From sequence record OM319461.1: DNA of 64,000 nucleotides, one strand, 5' to 3'. The notes under the pieces are model-generated. The model saw nothing but the letters and a program-made list of their open reading frames with translations. It was not told the origin of the DNA and did not search any database. Positions 19,271 through 27,985 of the stretch are shown piece after piece. Position numbers and translations under genes: made by a program. Position 1 is the stretch's first letter, and each line of letters begins with the position of its first letter.

Positions 19271-19379
19271 ACAATTGGGTATAATCCTTTTGAACTTTCT
19301 TCAGGTCTTATGGGGACAGGCTTCAGCACCATCTGATCAAAAATAACCAGTTGATTAAATTATTTGACACGAGCTTATT

Positions 19380-20600
19380 ATATCTTTTACTTATATCTTT
19401 AGATATAATTAGGAAAAAGATATTAATAACAGATTAAAAGAATATAAAGAGAGGTCCATTTACTTTATCTAAAGATAAAGATAAATATAATAACGCGCGA
19501 GAGCGCGTGGTTATTTTTCTCATAAAAATGATTTTTGAAGATTTCTCCCGTGAGGGAGGAATCATGATTATTTATATCTTTCGTAGATTCTAAGGATTCT
19601 AGGGATTGAATCATTTTGAACATCTCATGGGTATTATGTAGTAGAATCTCGTGATGTGTAACTTCATCTTAGTAAAACTAGATACAATATCATAATCTAA
19701 CTTAACTAACATGAATTTATAACATATCATAATTTTATTGCACTATGTGGTAAGGTTATTCTTATTCTACGACACAATATATTAAGATCTTTTGAATTTT
19801 ACTATGAGCCTTTAAATCTTAACAAAGTTTCTATTTTGTTTGCTTCTCTTAAAGGACTTAGTTAAAACTTGTGTGAGTTAATTCAATCATTAACTCCTTA
19901 GAGCTCCTGTATGGTTCTCTAAGACAATTATCCATTTCTATCTGATGCATCAATCAGATACAATAAGTTAAACTTCCTCATGGGTTATGTGGAAGCTAGT
20001 CGAACTTATATAGCTAAGTGATAACTTTCACAGAAGTTATCGGTATCAGATAAACTCATCTGATCCAGAACAACTCAATACTACCGAATTAACATTAAAA
20101 AATTCCCCAGTATCCAGAGTTATCCACATCGATGTATCCACCTCTCCCCTTAACGGGGGAGGGAGTGGGTATATCTCCGTCTACGAGCAAATAGCATATC
20201 CCTATACACGAAAATCACCAGATTTCACATAGAGACAAAAATAATAATATCTCCAGCTCTTTCGAGCCAGATGAAAAAAAAAATCGAAAATTTTTATATT
20301 AGCTTGTGGTTGTTGCTTATATCTTCTTCCCTATGCTTCTCTATCGATGATAGTCTAATGACATAGCTAGCTACTAGTTCTCATCTATCTTACATCTAGA
20401 TGAATCCTATCTATCTCTGTCTAGTCTTTCTATCTCTATCTCCCTATTATCTCTTTCTAAGATATACGCAAAAAACCCCCTCCCAGACGGTTCCCCCTTT
20501 CGAAAACTAAATCATTAGATTTAACTGTTTTTTATGATTTATAATTGAGAGAAAGAAAAAAAAAGAATAAGTACAGGAGAGAGGATAACCCCCTCTCCAT
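19380..20600. other. AT-rich ORF-free region, candidate replication origin
   Basis: No ORF of 60 aa or more; many TATCT/AGATA repeats, palindromes (19489-19515, 20140-20170), homopolymer tracts, one perfect TTATCCACA. Confidence 0.45.
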
Positions 20601-20604
20601 AGTC

Positions 20605-20955
20605 TTACAAGGCCAGATGTATAGATTCCTCAGGTAGATCATCGAATAGCTTACGATAACCTCGATTCAGATACCATCTACGAAAGTATCGATTCTCATC
20701 TAGGTTACGTGCAGCAGCTAACGAGTAGACAAACATCGTCCAGTCAGATAGCTTACCCTGTTTAGCATAGTCGATTAGCATCTCTGAGTCGACAAGCTCA
20801 CGATGGAACTCGGTAAACTCAGCCAGTAGCTTACTGTCGTAAGTATCGATACCTTTGTCATATGCAGTCCATCCGAAGATGATTGCTATTAGGCTACCCA
20901 ATACTGTTAGATCTAGATTGGTTAAAACATGTAGAGGATCAAAGAACATCTCCAT
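20605..20955 (-). CDS. Membrane-anchored hypothetical protein
   Basis: Hydrophobic LTVLGSLIAIIFGWTAY; GGAG RBS. Confidence 0.7.
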   Translation of the reverse strand: MEMFFDPLHVLTNLDLTVLGSLIAIIFGWTAYDKGIDTYDSKLLAEFTEFHRELVDSEMLIDYAKQGKLSDWTMFVYSLAAARNLDENRYFRRWYLNRGYRKLFDDLPEESIHLAL

Positions 20956-21289
20956 TGTCTACTCCTGGTACGTTAGTTAGTTTGTTGAATTCACGTGAGA
21001 AGATCCGTACGGCTATCTGAGGGGATTTCATCTCACGAGGTATGAGGTTGTCAGGGTACTGATCTAAAAACTGCTTATGGAGCTTTAGAGCGCATTCTCG
21101 ACCATGTGAATAAGCATCGTTACGATGACTAGCGTCAGCTAGATCACGAATAAGATCTACGAACTCGTGATTCCATCGAAGGATAAGACGACGCTGTCTC
21201 TCAGTCAAGAAGCGAACATAAATAAGGTCACCGAAGATACCGGTGAACATAAGAACTAAGATTGCGATGTCGAACATGTTAAACTCCAA
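20939..21289 (-). CDS. Membrane-anchored hypothetical protein (paralogue of 21279..21584)
   Basis: N-terminal TM helix; motif LHKQFLDQYPDN. Confidence 0.7.
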   Translation of the reverse strand: MEFNMFDIAILVLMFTGIFGDLIYVRFLTERQRRLILRWNHEFVDLIRDLADASHRNDAYSHGRECALKLHKQFLDQYPDNLIPREMKSPQIAVRIFSREFNKLTNVPGVDNGDVL

Positions 21290-21584
21290 AGTAATGTTCT
21301 TGACGTTTGTCTATAAACTTGCTGAAGCTGAAGTTACGTACAAACGGGTTATTAGGATACTGATTGAGGAACGAAAGATGAATTGTCCTAGCAGCCTCTG
21401 CTGCGGCTTTTGGGTCATCTGTCTTGATGGCGTACTCGCGATAAGCCTGACTCATGCGTTGGACCATGTAGACACTTTCACCATTGCATGAATCAGATTG
21501 TACTTGTGGCCAGATCTTTATTCCGCACCAAACAGCAAGAATGATGAGGGTCCCTATTGCGGTGGTAGCAAGAATAACTTCCAT
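21279..21584 (-). CDS. Membrane-anchored hypothetical protein (paralogue of 20939..21289)
   Basis: N-terminal TM helix; motif IHLSFLNQYPNN. Confidence 0.7.
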   Translation of the reverse strand: MEVILATTAIGTLIILAVWCGIKIWPQVQSDSCNGESVYMVQRMSQAYREYAIKTDDPKAAAEAARTIHLSFLNQYPNNPFVRNFSFSKFIDKRQEHYFGV

Positions 21585-21719
21585 CAGTTCTTCTCCACGG
21601 TTTTGGCATTATGGTCAACTACCCAGCATGAGGCACAAGAGCCACACGTGAAGATTTCCTTGTCTCCCGCATCCATCGAGTCCGTTAACTTGGCTGTGCA
21701 GTTAGGACACTTGTTCCTT

Positions 21720-22346
21720 TTAATCAGCTGATAAGCAGCTTGCATCATTTGTACTATAGACATGGTGTTTCTCCCAGTGGTATTTTAGTGGAAAGGCATC
21801 GTCCGACAGAGGGATAGAAACCACGATTAGGTTTTCCTCTACTGGCACAGATGCCGAATAACGGTTTGTTGGATTACCATCGCCTTCTTCGGCAATGGCT
21901 TTGGTATAGTTGTGCAGTAGACATGATACGGCATCGGTATCAATATCTTGTTCCATTGCCTCTGTGATCTCTTTGTCGAGCACAGCAAAGTAACGACATT
22001 GGATCTCTGGGATGTCAAGTGCATCCATCACATCAAATGAGCCTTCCTGGTTTAACCGTAGACGACTCATGTTAGAGCAATTGGTTTTTACTAGCTTAGC
22101 GCTGTAATAACGATACCCAGTCCAGCGAAGAAAATCTTCCTCTTCGTTTTCCGGACGACCGGTCACAAGATATTTCACTAGTGGACCGATATGGTGGACG
22201 ACGAGATAAAGCGGAGTATCCGACTTACGACGCGCGAGTAATTGGAGTAGAAACGAAACAGCCTCTTCCTCATGGTAGAAAGTAGCTTCTAGGTTTGTAT
22301 TGAAGTGTAGGCCAGTAGGCATTGTTTTGAATGTAATGTCTTCCAT
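21720..22346 (-). CDS. Hypothetical protein (208 aa)
   Basis: AAGGA RBS; first gene after the early motif at 22388. Confidence 0.7.
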   Translation of the reverse strand: MEDITFKTMPTGLHFNTNLEATFYHEEEAVSFLLQLLARRKSDTPLYLVVHHIGPLVKYLVTGRPENEEEDFLRWTGYRYYSAKLVKTNCSNMSRLRLNQEGSFDVMDALDIPEIQCRYFAVLDKEITEAMEQDIDTDAVSCLLHNYTKAIAEEGDGNPTNRYSASVPVEENLIVVSIPLSDDAFPLKYHWEKHHVYSTNDASCLSAD

Positions 22347-22387
22347 TGGTTTATTCCTTTTTGGTTTTAATGCATCAATCTACATTG

Positions 22388-22397
22388 GTAATATAGA
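22388..22397 (-). promoter_or_regulatory. Early promoter motif TCTATATTAC
   Basis: Exact repeat of the motif upstream of a minus-strand operon. Confidence 0.7.
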
Positions 22398-22438
22398 GCT
22401 GATCCTCCAATGAAAAAAAAAACAACCATACCTAATAG

Positions 22439-22691
22439 TATGCACAACTCTGCCTGAACGATTACGTTTCGTGTGGAACTCCAAATGAAAGTGTGCATTG
22501 AATGTGAGTCATAGAGCTACACCGTAGGACTATGCATGCCGAGCTGCTTAATCGAATCACATCGACCCTGGGACTTTACCCCAGTAAGTTGACGTGTGTA
22601 GGTTTTGACCTCGCTCGTTGAATTGCCCGAGAGGGCAGGTAGGTACGGACGGCCCTTGTGGGTCGTCCGTGCTCTATACCTCTATTTTTTA
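22439..22691 (+). ncRNA. Structured RNA upstream of TROVE gene (Y RNA or leader candidate, about 250 nt)
   Basis: Starts at the TATG of ACCTAATAGTATG; stems ATGCACA/TGTGCAT, CACATCGAC/GTTGACGTGTG, GAGA-tetraloop hairpin 22623-22637; strong terminal hairpin 22642-22673 plus U-run. Confidence 0.65.
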
Positions 22692-22704
22692 TTGAGGACT
22701 TGTT

Positions 22705-24255
22705 ATGAACAAAAATAAAATCACCCAGACTCTTTTCGAAAGCGAAGTAGAATTAAGTACTTTGCTGGATTCCCTTAAGGAACGCAATGTGATCAGTCTC
22801 GAGACTACACTTAAGCGCATTCTATTGACGGGCACGAATGGTCATGTGGCATCTATCGATTGTGGCGATCAAGTTTATTCCGACGTAGCCTTCAATGGTT
22901 ATGAAGAACAGATCAAGCAACGTGGTAGAGAGATCACTAGTTTTGTTACATCCCAATCATATCCTTTTACAAAAGAAACAAAAGCAAATCGATTATTCGT
23001 CTTGGCAAAAATCGCCGGTAACACAGACGACTTCGAAGCGAGTAGTTATGCATTGAATACAGCAGTTGATCTCTGTATGGATGCTGAAGACATACTTCGC
23101 TTTGCATGTTTCATTTCATACTATCGTGGCTTTGGCCGCATGGTTAAGAAAGTACTTAGCCGTTGGTACCTTGAACGAGATCCTCGTGACTTGTTGTGTG
23201 AGGTATTGGCATGTAAGAAGGTAACGGTACAGTTCGATGAAAAACCGATATCATTTAGCCACCGTAATCTTGTACGTCGTTTGTTTCTGCGTGGCAGTGA
23301 TGACTTACAAGACGCATGTCTGCGAATTATCAAAGGATACCGTGGAGACGCCTCAGAGATCCCTCAGCGCTTCTTGACCCTACAAGAGGTGTTAGGCCTT
23401 AACTTATGTACTAAAGGCTCTGTGGAGACCGCTGCGAAGATCATAGAAGGATTACCTTTTGATCATACCGTATATCCGAAGAAGTTCTTGTACTACACGG
23501 AAATAATGAGTGCTTTGTTTTATGGCAAGCATGTCACTCCTGAGAAGTTCCTTGACTTCGTGAAGATTGATCCGACATTCGAATTCTTAGATGACCGATT
23601 GGCAGATCGCTTTATTCATATTGTCGGCGGATGGCTTCGTGACCAACGCATCACTCCAGTAGATCTTTTAATCTATCGTGAGCTACTCGATGCTGATCGT
23701 TTCAAAGAGACACGTAGACTATTGCTTCGTCGCTATGAAGAAGTCGAGTATCCAGAACGTGGTGTGGAAAACAATGTAGTATTCCTTTACCTCAACTGGG
23801 ATCAGATCAACCGAGAAGTTGTTGCTAATGCACTTGATCGTGCCAAGTCACTTCGCTGTATGTTGGTCATCGTTGGTGAGGGTACATTTGTATTGGATCC
23901 TAAGGACGTAACCCTGGATGCATTATGTAAGCACCTGTCAGTTGTTGAAAAGGATCATGTCATAATGCCTTCTATGTCGTTTATTCAGATTCTGATGACA
24001 CAGCCGGTTGCCTATGACAACGTAGTTATCTATGAGCATCGTCCTGTAGTTAAGTCAGACCATTATCGTAAAGGCTTCCTAGACGCCCTGGATACGTATT
24101 TGACTGGTCGTAACCCATTGACCAAGATAATCCACCAAACGGCCGTAGAGGACGCTACAGTGATTCTGGATGAACCACGACATGCTGGTCTACTCACAGT
24201 AAAAGGACTAGGTACACTACAAACTAAGATTGTAGATATCTTCCTTGGAAAATAA
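22705..24255 (+). CDS. Divergent Ro60/Rsr-like TROVE-domain protein
   Basis: RGFGRMVKKVLSRWYLERDPRDLL...FSHRNLVRR resembles the TROVE GxGR...WY...SHRDLLRL signature; alpha/beta C-terminal domain in the vWA position but lacks DxSxS. Confidence 0.7.
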   Translation: MNKNKITQTLFESEVELSTLLDSLKERNVISLETTLKRILLTGTNGHVASIDCGDQVYSDVAFNGYEEQIKQRGREITSFVTSQSYPFTKETKANRLFVLAKIAGNTDDFEASSYALNTAVDLCMDAEDILRFACFISYYRGFGRMVKKVLSRWYLERDPRDLLCEVLACKKVTVQFDEKPISFSHRNLVRRLFLRGSDDLQDACLRIIKGYRGDASEIPQRFLTLQEVLGLNLCTKGSVETAAKIIEGLPFDHTVYPKKFLYYTEIMSALFYGKHVTPEKFLDFVKIDPTFEFLDDRLADRFIHIVGGWLRDQRITPVDLLIYRELLDADRFKETRRLLLRRYEEVEYPERGVENNVVFLYLNWDQINREVVANALDRAKSLRCMLVIVGEGTFVLDPKDVTLDALCKHLSVVEKDHVIMPSMSFIQILMTQPVAYDNVVIYEHRPVVKSDHYRKGFLDALDTYLTGRNPLTKIIHQTAVEDATVILDEPRHAGLLTVKGLGTLQTKIVDIFLGK

Positions 24256-24264
24256 ACCAAATAG

Positions 24265-24368
24265 TATGGCTTTTTAAAAAGCTTCGGGACAGAGTAAGTG
24301 AGGGCTTACTGGTTCTTCTATTTGGTTAAGATACTATTTCTTCCCGCCCTTCGGGGTGGGTATTTTTT
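24265..24368 (+). ncRNA. Candidate small RNA downstream of TROVE gene (about 100 nt)
   Basis: ACCAAATAGTATG at 24256-24268; hairpins GCTTTT/AAAAGC and AGTAAG/CTTACT; UUCG terminator 24343-24360 plus U-run. Confidence 0.5.
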
Positions 24369-24431
24369 TTTTCGCCAAACAAAAAAAAAGAATAAAAGAT
24401 AAGCCTACTCCCCGAAGGGAGTAGGGCTTTA

Positions 24432-25466
24432 TTAGAACTCGATCTCGTCGAAGTTGATGTCGTTTTGTAACGGTGTTTGTTGCTGCGGCGCTTCTTGATG
24501 TTGAGGCTGTTGCTGCTGCGGTGCAGAATTGAACTCATCAGTTTGCTGCTGTGGCTGTTGCGCTGGAGCTTGGCTTTGACCTGAGTTTACAGATGGAATA
24601 GCCGCTGGCGGAACATAAGCAATACTTTCACGAATAGAGAATGGACCAGCTGAGATAACTGCGCCACGGAAACCATCGCGTGATTGCTCATTGATTTCTT
24701 TCATTACTTGGAATTCTTTCGGTGCTAGACAGCGCTTCATGAATTCAGGTAAGTTGTCGTACTCGGCAACCATGTTAACTTCATTGTTCTTGACTTTAAC
24801 TTTGCCTTTCTTAACAAGACCGTATTGACGACCATCTAGATCCATACCAAAGTCATGCGAGTACGTACGGAAACCGTAGTCTACAAAATCATCTGGTAGA
24901 GCAGAGTATGCCATAAACATTAGGAAGTCAATGCTTACTTTTGACAAGCGGTTAGCAGGACCATCAGGAACTAGCTCGGCCATGAACTTGTTAGCTGGTT
25001 TTACTTCCATGCCGTTGTAGGCATTAAGAATACGGCGGTGTTTGTCGATCACGTAACGTGTGTAACAAGGAATGTGACGGAAGTCTGTCTCTTCGCTGTT
25101 ATGGATCCACATGATAGGTGAACTGTACTTAGCGTGATAGAAGTTACTTTCGTAGTTCGTATCAAACTTTTCTAGACGTGGGAATTCCGGATGAGTGTGG
25201 TGAATACCAAACTGCATTGTGTTGTACATTGCTGCTACTGGAATCGGTAGAGGTGTACGACTTGGATCGCCATCTAGAACAATCGTTTCTTTAGAAACTT
25301 CAGTACCGCGTGTACCGTAGTCACGTAGAGCTGCTTTGTTTTCGTGTTTGCATGCTGCTTCGATAAGAGGGTGAAGTTCATGCTCGCGTGCTAGTTGAGG
25401 ACGAGGTTTAGGTTGAAAGCCACCACCACCGCCTCCGCGGCGACCGCCACGATATCCATAGGACAT
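24432..25466 (-). CDS. Putative nucleic-acid-binding protein with RGG N-terminus and SSB-like acidic tail
   Basis: MSYGYRGGRRGGGGGG start, P/Q-rich linker, ends NDINFDEIEF; own terminator 24404-24425. Confidence 0.6.
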   Translation of the reverse strand: MSYGYRGGRRGGGGGGFQPKPRPQLAREHELHPLIEAACKHENKAALRDYGTRGTEVSKETIVLDGDPSRTPLPIPVAAMYNTMQFGIHHTHPEFPRLEKFDTNYESNFYHAKYSSPIMWIHNSEETDFRHIPCYTRYVIDKHRRILNAYNGMEVKPANKFMAELVPDGPANRLSKVSIDFLMFMAYSALPDDFVDYGFRTYSHDFGMDLDGRQYGLVKKGKVKVKNNEVNMVAEYDNLPEFMKRCLAPKEFQVMKEINEQSRDGFRGAVISAGPFSIRESIAYVPPAAIPSVNSGQSQAPAQQPQQQTDEFNSAPQQQQPQHQEAPQQQTPLQNDINFDEIEF

Positions 25467-25543
25467 GTTGATTCTCCTGACAGGTTAAATATTTTAAAAG
25501 GGGAGACGCAGCTCCCCGCATATAATTTATCAAAAAAGAAAGA

Positions 25544-25864
25544 TTAAATGTAGACCTGCCCAGAAGCGGGCAGCACGGTGTGATAAAGACTCGCCATTGA
25601 GGCAACTTCTTTGTTTGCATCCATCTGTAGAGTTTCCAATTGCTCTAGGTTAGCCGCAACTAACTGTCGAACAATCGGATCTTCGTGAATAGATAATGCT
25701 TGGTAATCCTCTGGACCTTGAATTGAATTCTCTAGGAATAGAGCTTCTAGTTCTTCTGCATTAGAATAACTATTGAGGCCGATGCGTTGGTGCAAACGAC
25801 CTCTCCAAAAGAAGTGTTGTCCTACAATGACGAGTGGATGGTTTTTTACAATTGCGCGAATCAT
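25544..25864 (-). CDS. Hypothetical protein (106 aa)
   Basis: Operon ORF; short HEAT/LRV-like segment EDPIVRQLVAAN. Confidence 0.65.
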   Translation of the reverse strand: MIRAIVKNHPLVIVGQHFFWRGRLHQRIGLNSYSNAEELEALFLENSIQGPEDYQALSIHEDPIVRQLVAANLEQLETLQMDANKEVASMASLYHTVLPASGQVYI

Positions 25865-25865
25865 C

Positions 25866-26567
25866 TTAGTACCTGTTAGTTACGTCGATGTCCCCTTTGA
25901 TTTCTATGCCTGTGAGGTCTTGATTCAAAACGTCCTCTAGATAAATATCGGCGTCGATAGAATGTACGTTAGTCATATCGAATAGAAAGGGACCATACAA
26001 CTTTAAAGTTTTTCCTTCTATTCTAATTCCTGCGTCTGTCTCTTTTGAAGACAAGTCAGGTTGAGTAACTGTAATGTAGCTTAGTAAATCTATCTTCGGC
26101 GATTCTTCCGCAGACACAATGAGGTCTTTGCGCAGGTCTTCTTCTGACTTAACAAAGATCGTCAGGTTGGCCATCATTTTCGAGTGACGCTTTTTCTCCT
26201 GATAGTATTCGAAGCTTGCAGGATCCATAAAGAAGTCACAACGAGGTTGACGCATCTTTGCAACAATCGACATGTCCGAATCGATTAGCGTGATGCCTCC
26301 TTCAAACAGACAATCTGACATTGTGCTGATGATTGAGTTAACAATAAACACACGACCACTACAGCGCCAGTTACGACGAATGCGCAATGGGTCAGTAGTA
26401 TCAAAGCCGACAAAGATGATGTCGCCATTGTGTGGCGGTATTGAGTAATTCAAGTCCTTCAGCATCTGTGGATTGATAATGATTGTCTTGCCGTTAGCAC
26501 ACCCAGTTTCTATAGTCTCGAGAAAATACTGACATGTATAGTCTCTTTCCTTATTAATGTTAAACAT
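25866..26567 (-). CDS. Hypothetical protein (233 aa)
   Basis: First ORF after the early motif at 26651. Confidence 0.7.
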   Translation of the reverse strand: MFNINKERDYTCQYFLETIETGCANGKTIIINPQMLKDLNYSIPPHNGDIIFVGFDTTDPLRIRRNWRCSGRVFIVNSIISTMSDCLFEGGITLIDSDMSIVAKMRQPRCDFFMDPASFEYYQEKKRHSKMMANLTIFVKSEEDLRKDLIVSAEESPKIDLLSYITVTQPDLSSKETDAGIRIEGKTLKLYGPFLFDMTNVHSIDADIYLEDVLNQDLTGIEIKGDIDVTNRY

Positions 26568-26650
26568 GTTATATACCTTTGATTATTAAATAAATTATTG
26601 ATAGACCCAACATAGGCCCATTGATAATTCATCTGTGAATCATCATGTAG

Positions 26651-26660
26651 GTAATATAGA
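26651..26660 (-). promoter_or_regulatory. Early promoter motif TCTATATTAC
   Basis: Exact repeat; a divergent late-type CTAATCATATAG lies at 26682-26693(+). Confidence 0.7.
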
Positions 26661-26723
26661 CTTCACAATACATTGAGAAAACTAATCATATAGTAAAACA
26701 CGTAGCCAAGACGAGGAGATATC

Positions 26724-27938
26724 ATGGCTTATTCTTCCATTCGTGCAGTGTTCGATGATTTCAGTAACCTGACCGTAGATAAAAACTTTATCCAAAAACT
26801 TACGTTTTATGTTTACGGATTCATCAACAAAAACGAAACCCATACTGCTCACTTTGGTAGTAACCTGGTGGGTGTTCGTCCTGTCCGTTATGTAGATGCC
26901 GATGCGATTCGCTGGCTAGAAGACATACTGGGCATTGACGAGAAACGTGACTGTCAGCAGGCATTGTTCACTGTAGATCACGTAGAAAAGAATCACCGCG
27001 TTCGCAGTGACATCGTCAACCTGTCTTTCATCTATATAATGCATCGTATCGCAACTTCTAAGTTAGATCAAAAGACAAAAGATGAAGCGCTAATACTTAC
27101 GATCATCATGAATCTGTCAAAGCACATGTGTTCACTTCTATCGCATCGTTTTAAATTCCCAAGTGATGAAATCATCGCACAACAACTATATGAATCGCTC
27201 GATAACAAATCGCATCTAAAGCGCTACGGTAGTTGGTTTAACATGATGCGTAATACGGCCCTGGAAATGCTGGAGCCTAAGGGTATTCATACTGCACGCA
27301 AAACATGGCAGACGATGGCCCGCGACAAAGATGTGCTCTACATGTGTGGGGATATACAGGACCGCCTGGCCGGTCAGATTAACCTATTGACAGAGAAATA
27401 CCATGAAATCAAGAATAACTCAGATCGCCTTACCCTTAATTCTCCAATCAACAGTATTGAAGGTGAAGCAGTTCTCGCTGAATTCATTTCAAAGGAACGG
27501 CATCTTGTTAAAGACATGCTCGAAATTGCCAAAGATCCCCGTGACTTTATTCGCGATGAATTAGTCGACGCAACATTAGAGATCATCTCGACAGCAGAAG
27601 AAACGCATTTCCGTAAAACCCTAAACTACCTAGCGGATAATATTTCGGCAGTGCCTGCTTATCAGGAAACAGTCTCTAAGCTAGTTGTCTTTATTCTTAC
27701 CGAAGCACGCCAAGGTCGCATCAATCTAAACCAAGCATCAGAAATCATTGGTCGCTTGCGTTCTACGATGCGCTCGTCTCGTGTCAAGAAGAAAGATGCA
27801 CTGGAGCTCAAAGAGATCTTCCGTACTTTGGTAGAGGATGCGATTCCTACTGCCCGTGACCCAATCAAGGTCGCTACTCAGATTGCCGTGATGATTTATA
27901 TTGCATTGCGCATGCTGACAATCAATCGTTACCGATAA
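26724..27938 (+). CDS. Virion structural protein (phiKZ gp32-like)
   Basis: 404 aa, HFGSNLVGV motif, convergent with the terminase. Confidence 0.55.
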   Translation: MAYSSIRAVFDDFSNLTVDKNFIQKLTFYVYGFINKNETHTAHFGSNLVGVRPVRYVDADAIRWLEDILGIDEKRDCQQALFTVDHVEKNHRVRSDIVNLSFIYIMHRIATSKLDQKTKDEALILTIIMNLSKHMCSLLSHRFKFPSDEIIAQQLYESLDNKSHLKRYGSWFNMMRNTALEMLEPKGIHTARKTWQTMARDKDVLYMCGDIQDRLAGQINLLTEKYHEIKNNSDRLTLNSPINSIEGEAVLAEFISKERHLVKDMLEIAKDPRDFIRDELVDATLEIISTAEETHFRKTLNYLADNISAVPAYQETVSKLVVFILTEARQGRINLNQASEIIGRLRSTMRSSRVKKKDALELKEIFRTLVEDAIPTARDPIKVATQIAVMIYIALRMLTINRYR

Positions 27939-27985
27939 AAATAAATAAGCTCCCCCTCCCGAAAGGGAGAGGGAGTATTATTGTT

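Noticed and set aside
18165-19280. Array considered as a CRISPR or mini-CRISPR array
   Set aside because: No constant-length repeats with regular spacers and no cas genes; the repeats are promoter and terminator motifs.
15123-25466. PhuZ tubulin expected near this region
   Set aside because: No ORF shows the tubulin GGGTGSG-type motif; the 320-aa and 344-aa ORFs do not fit.
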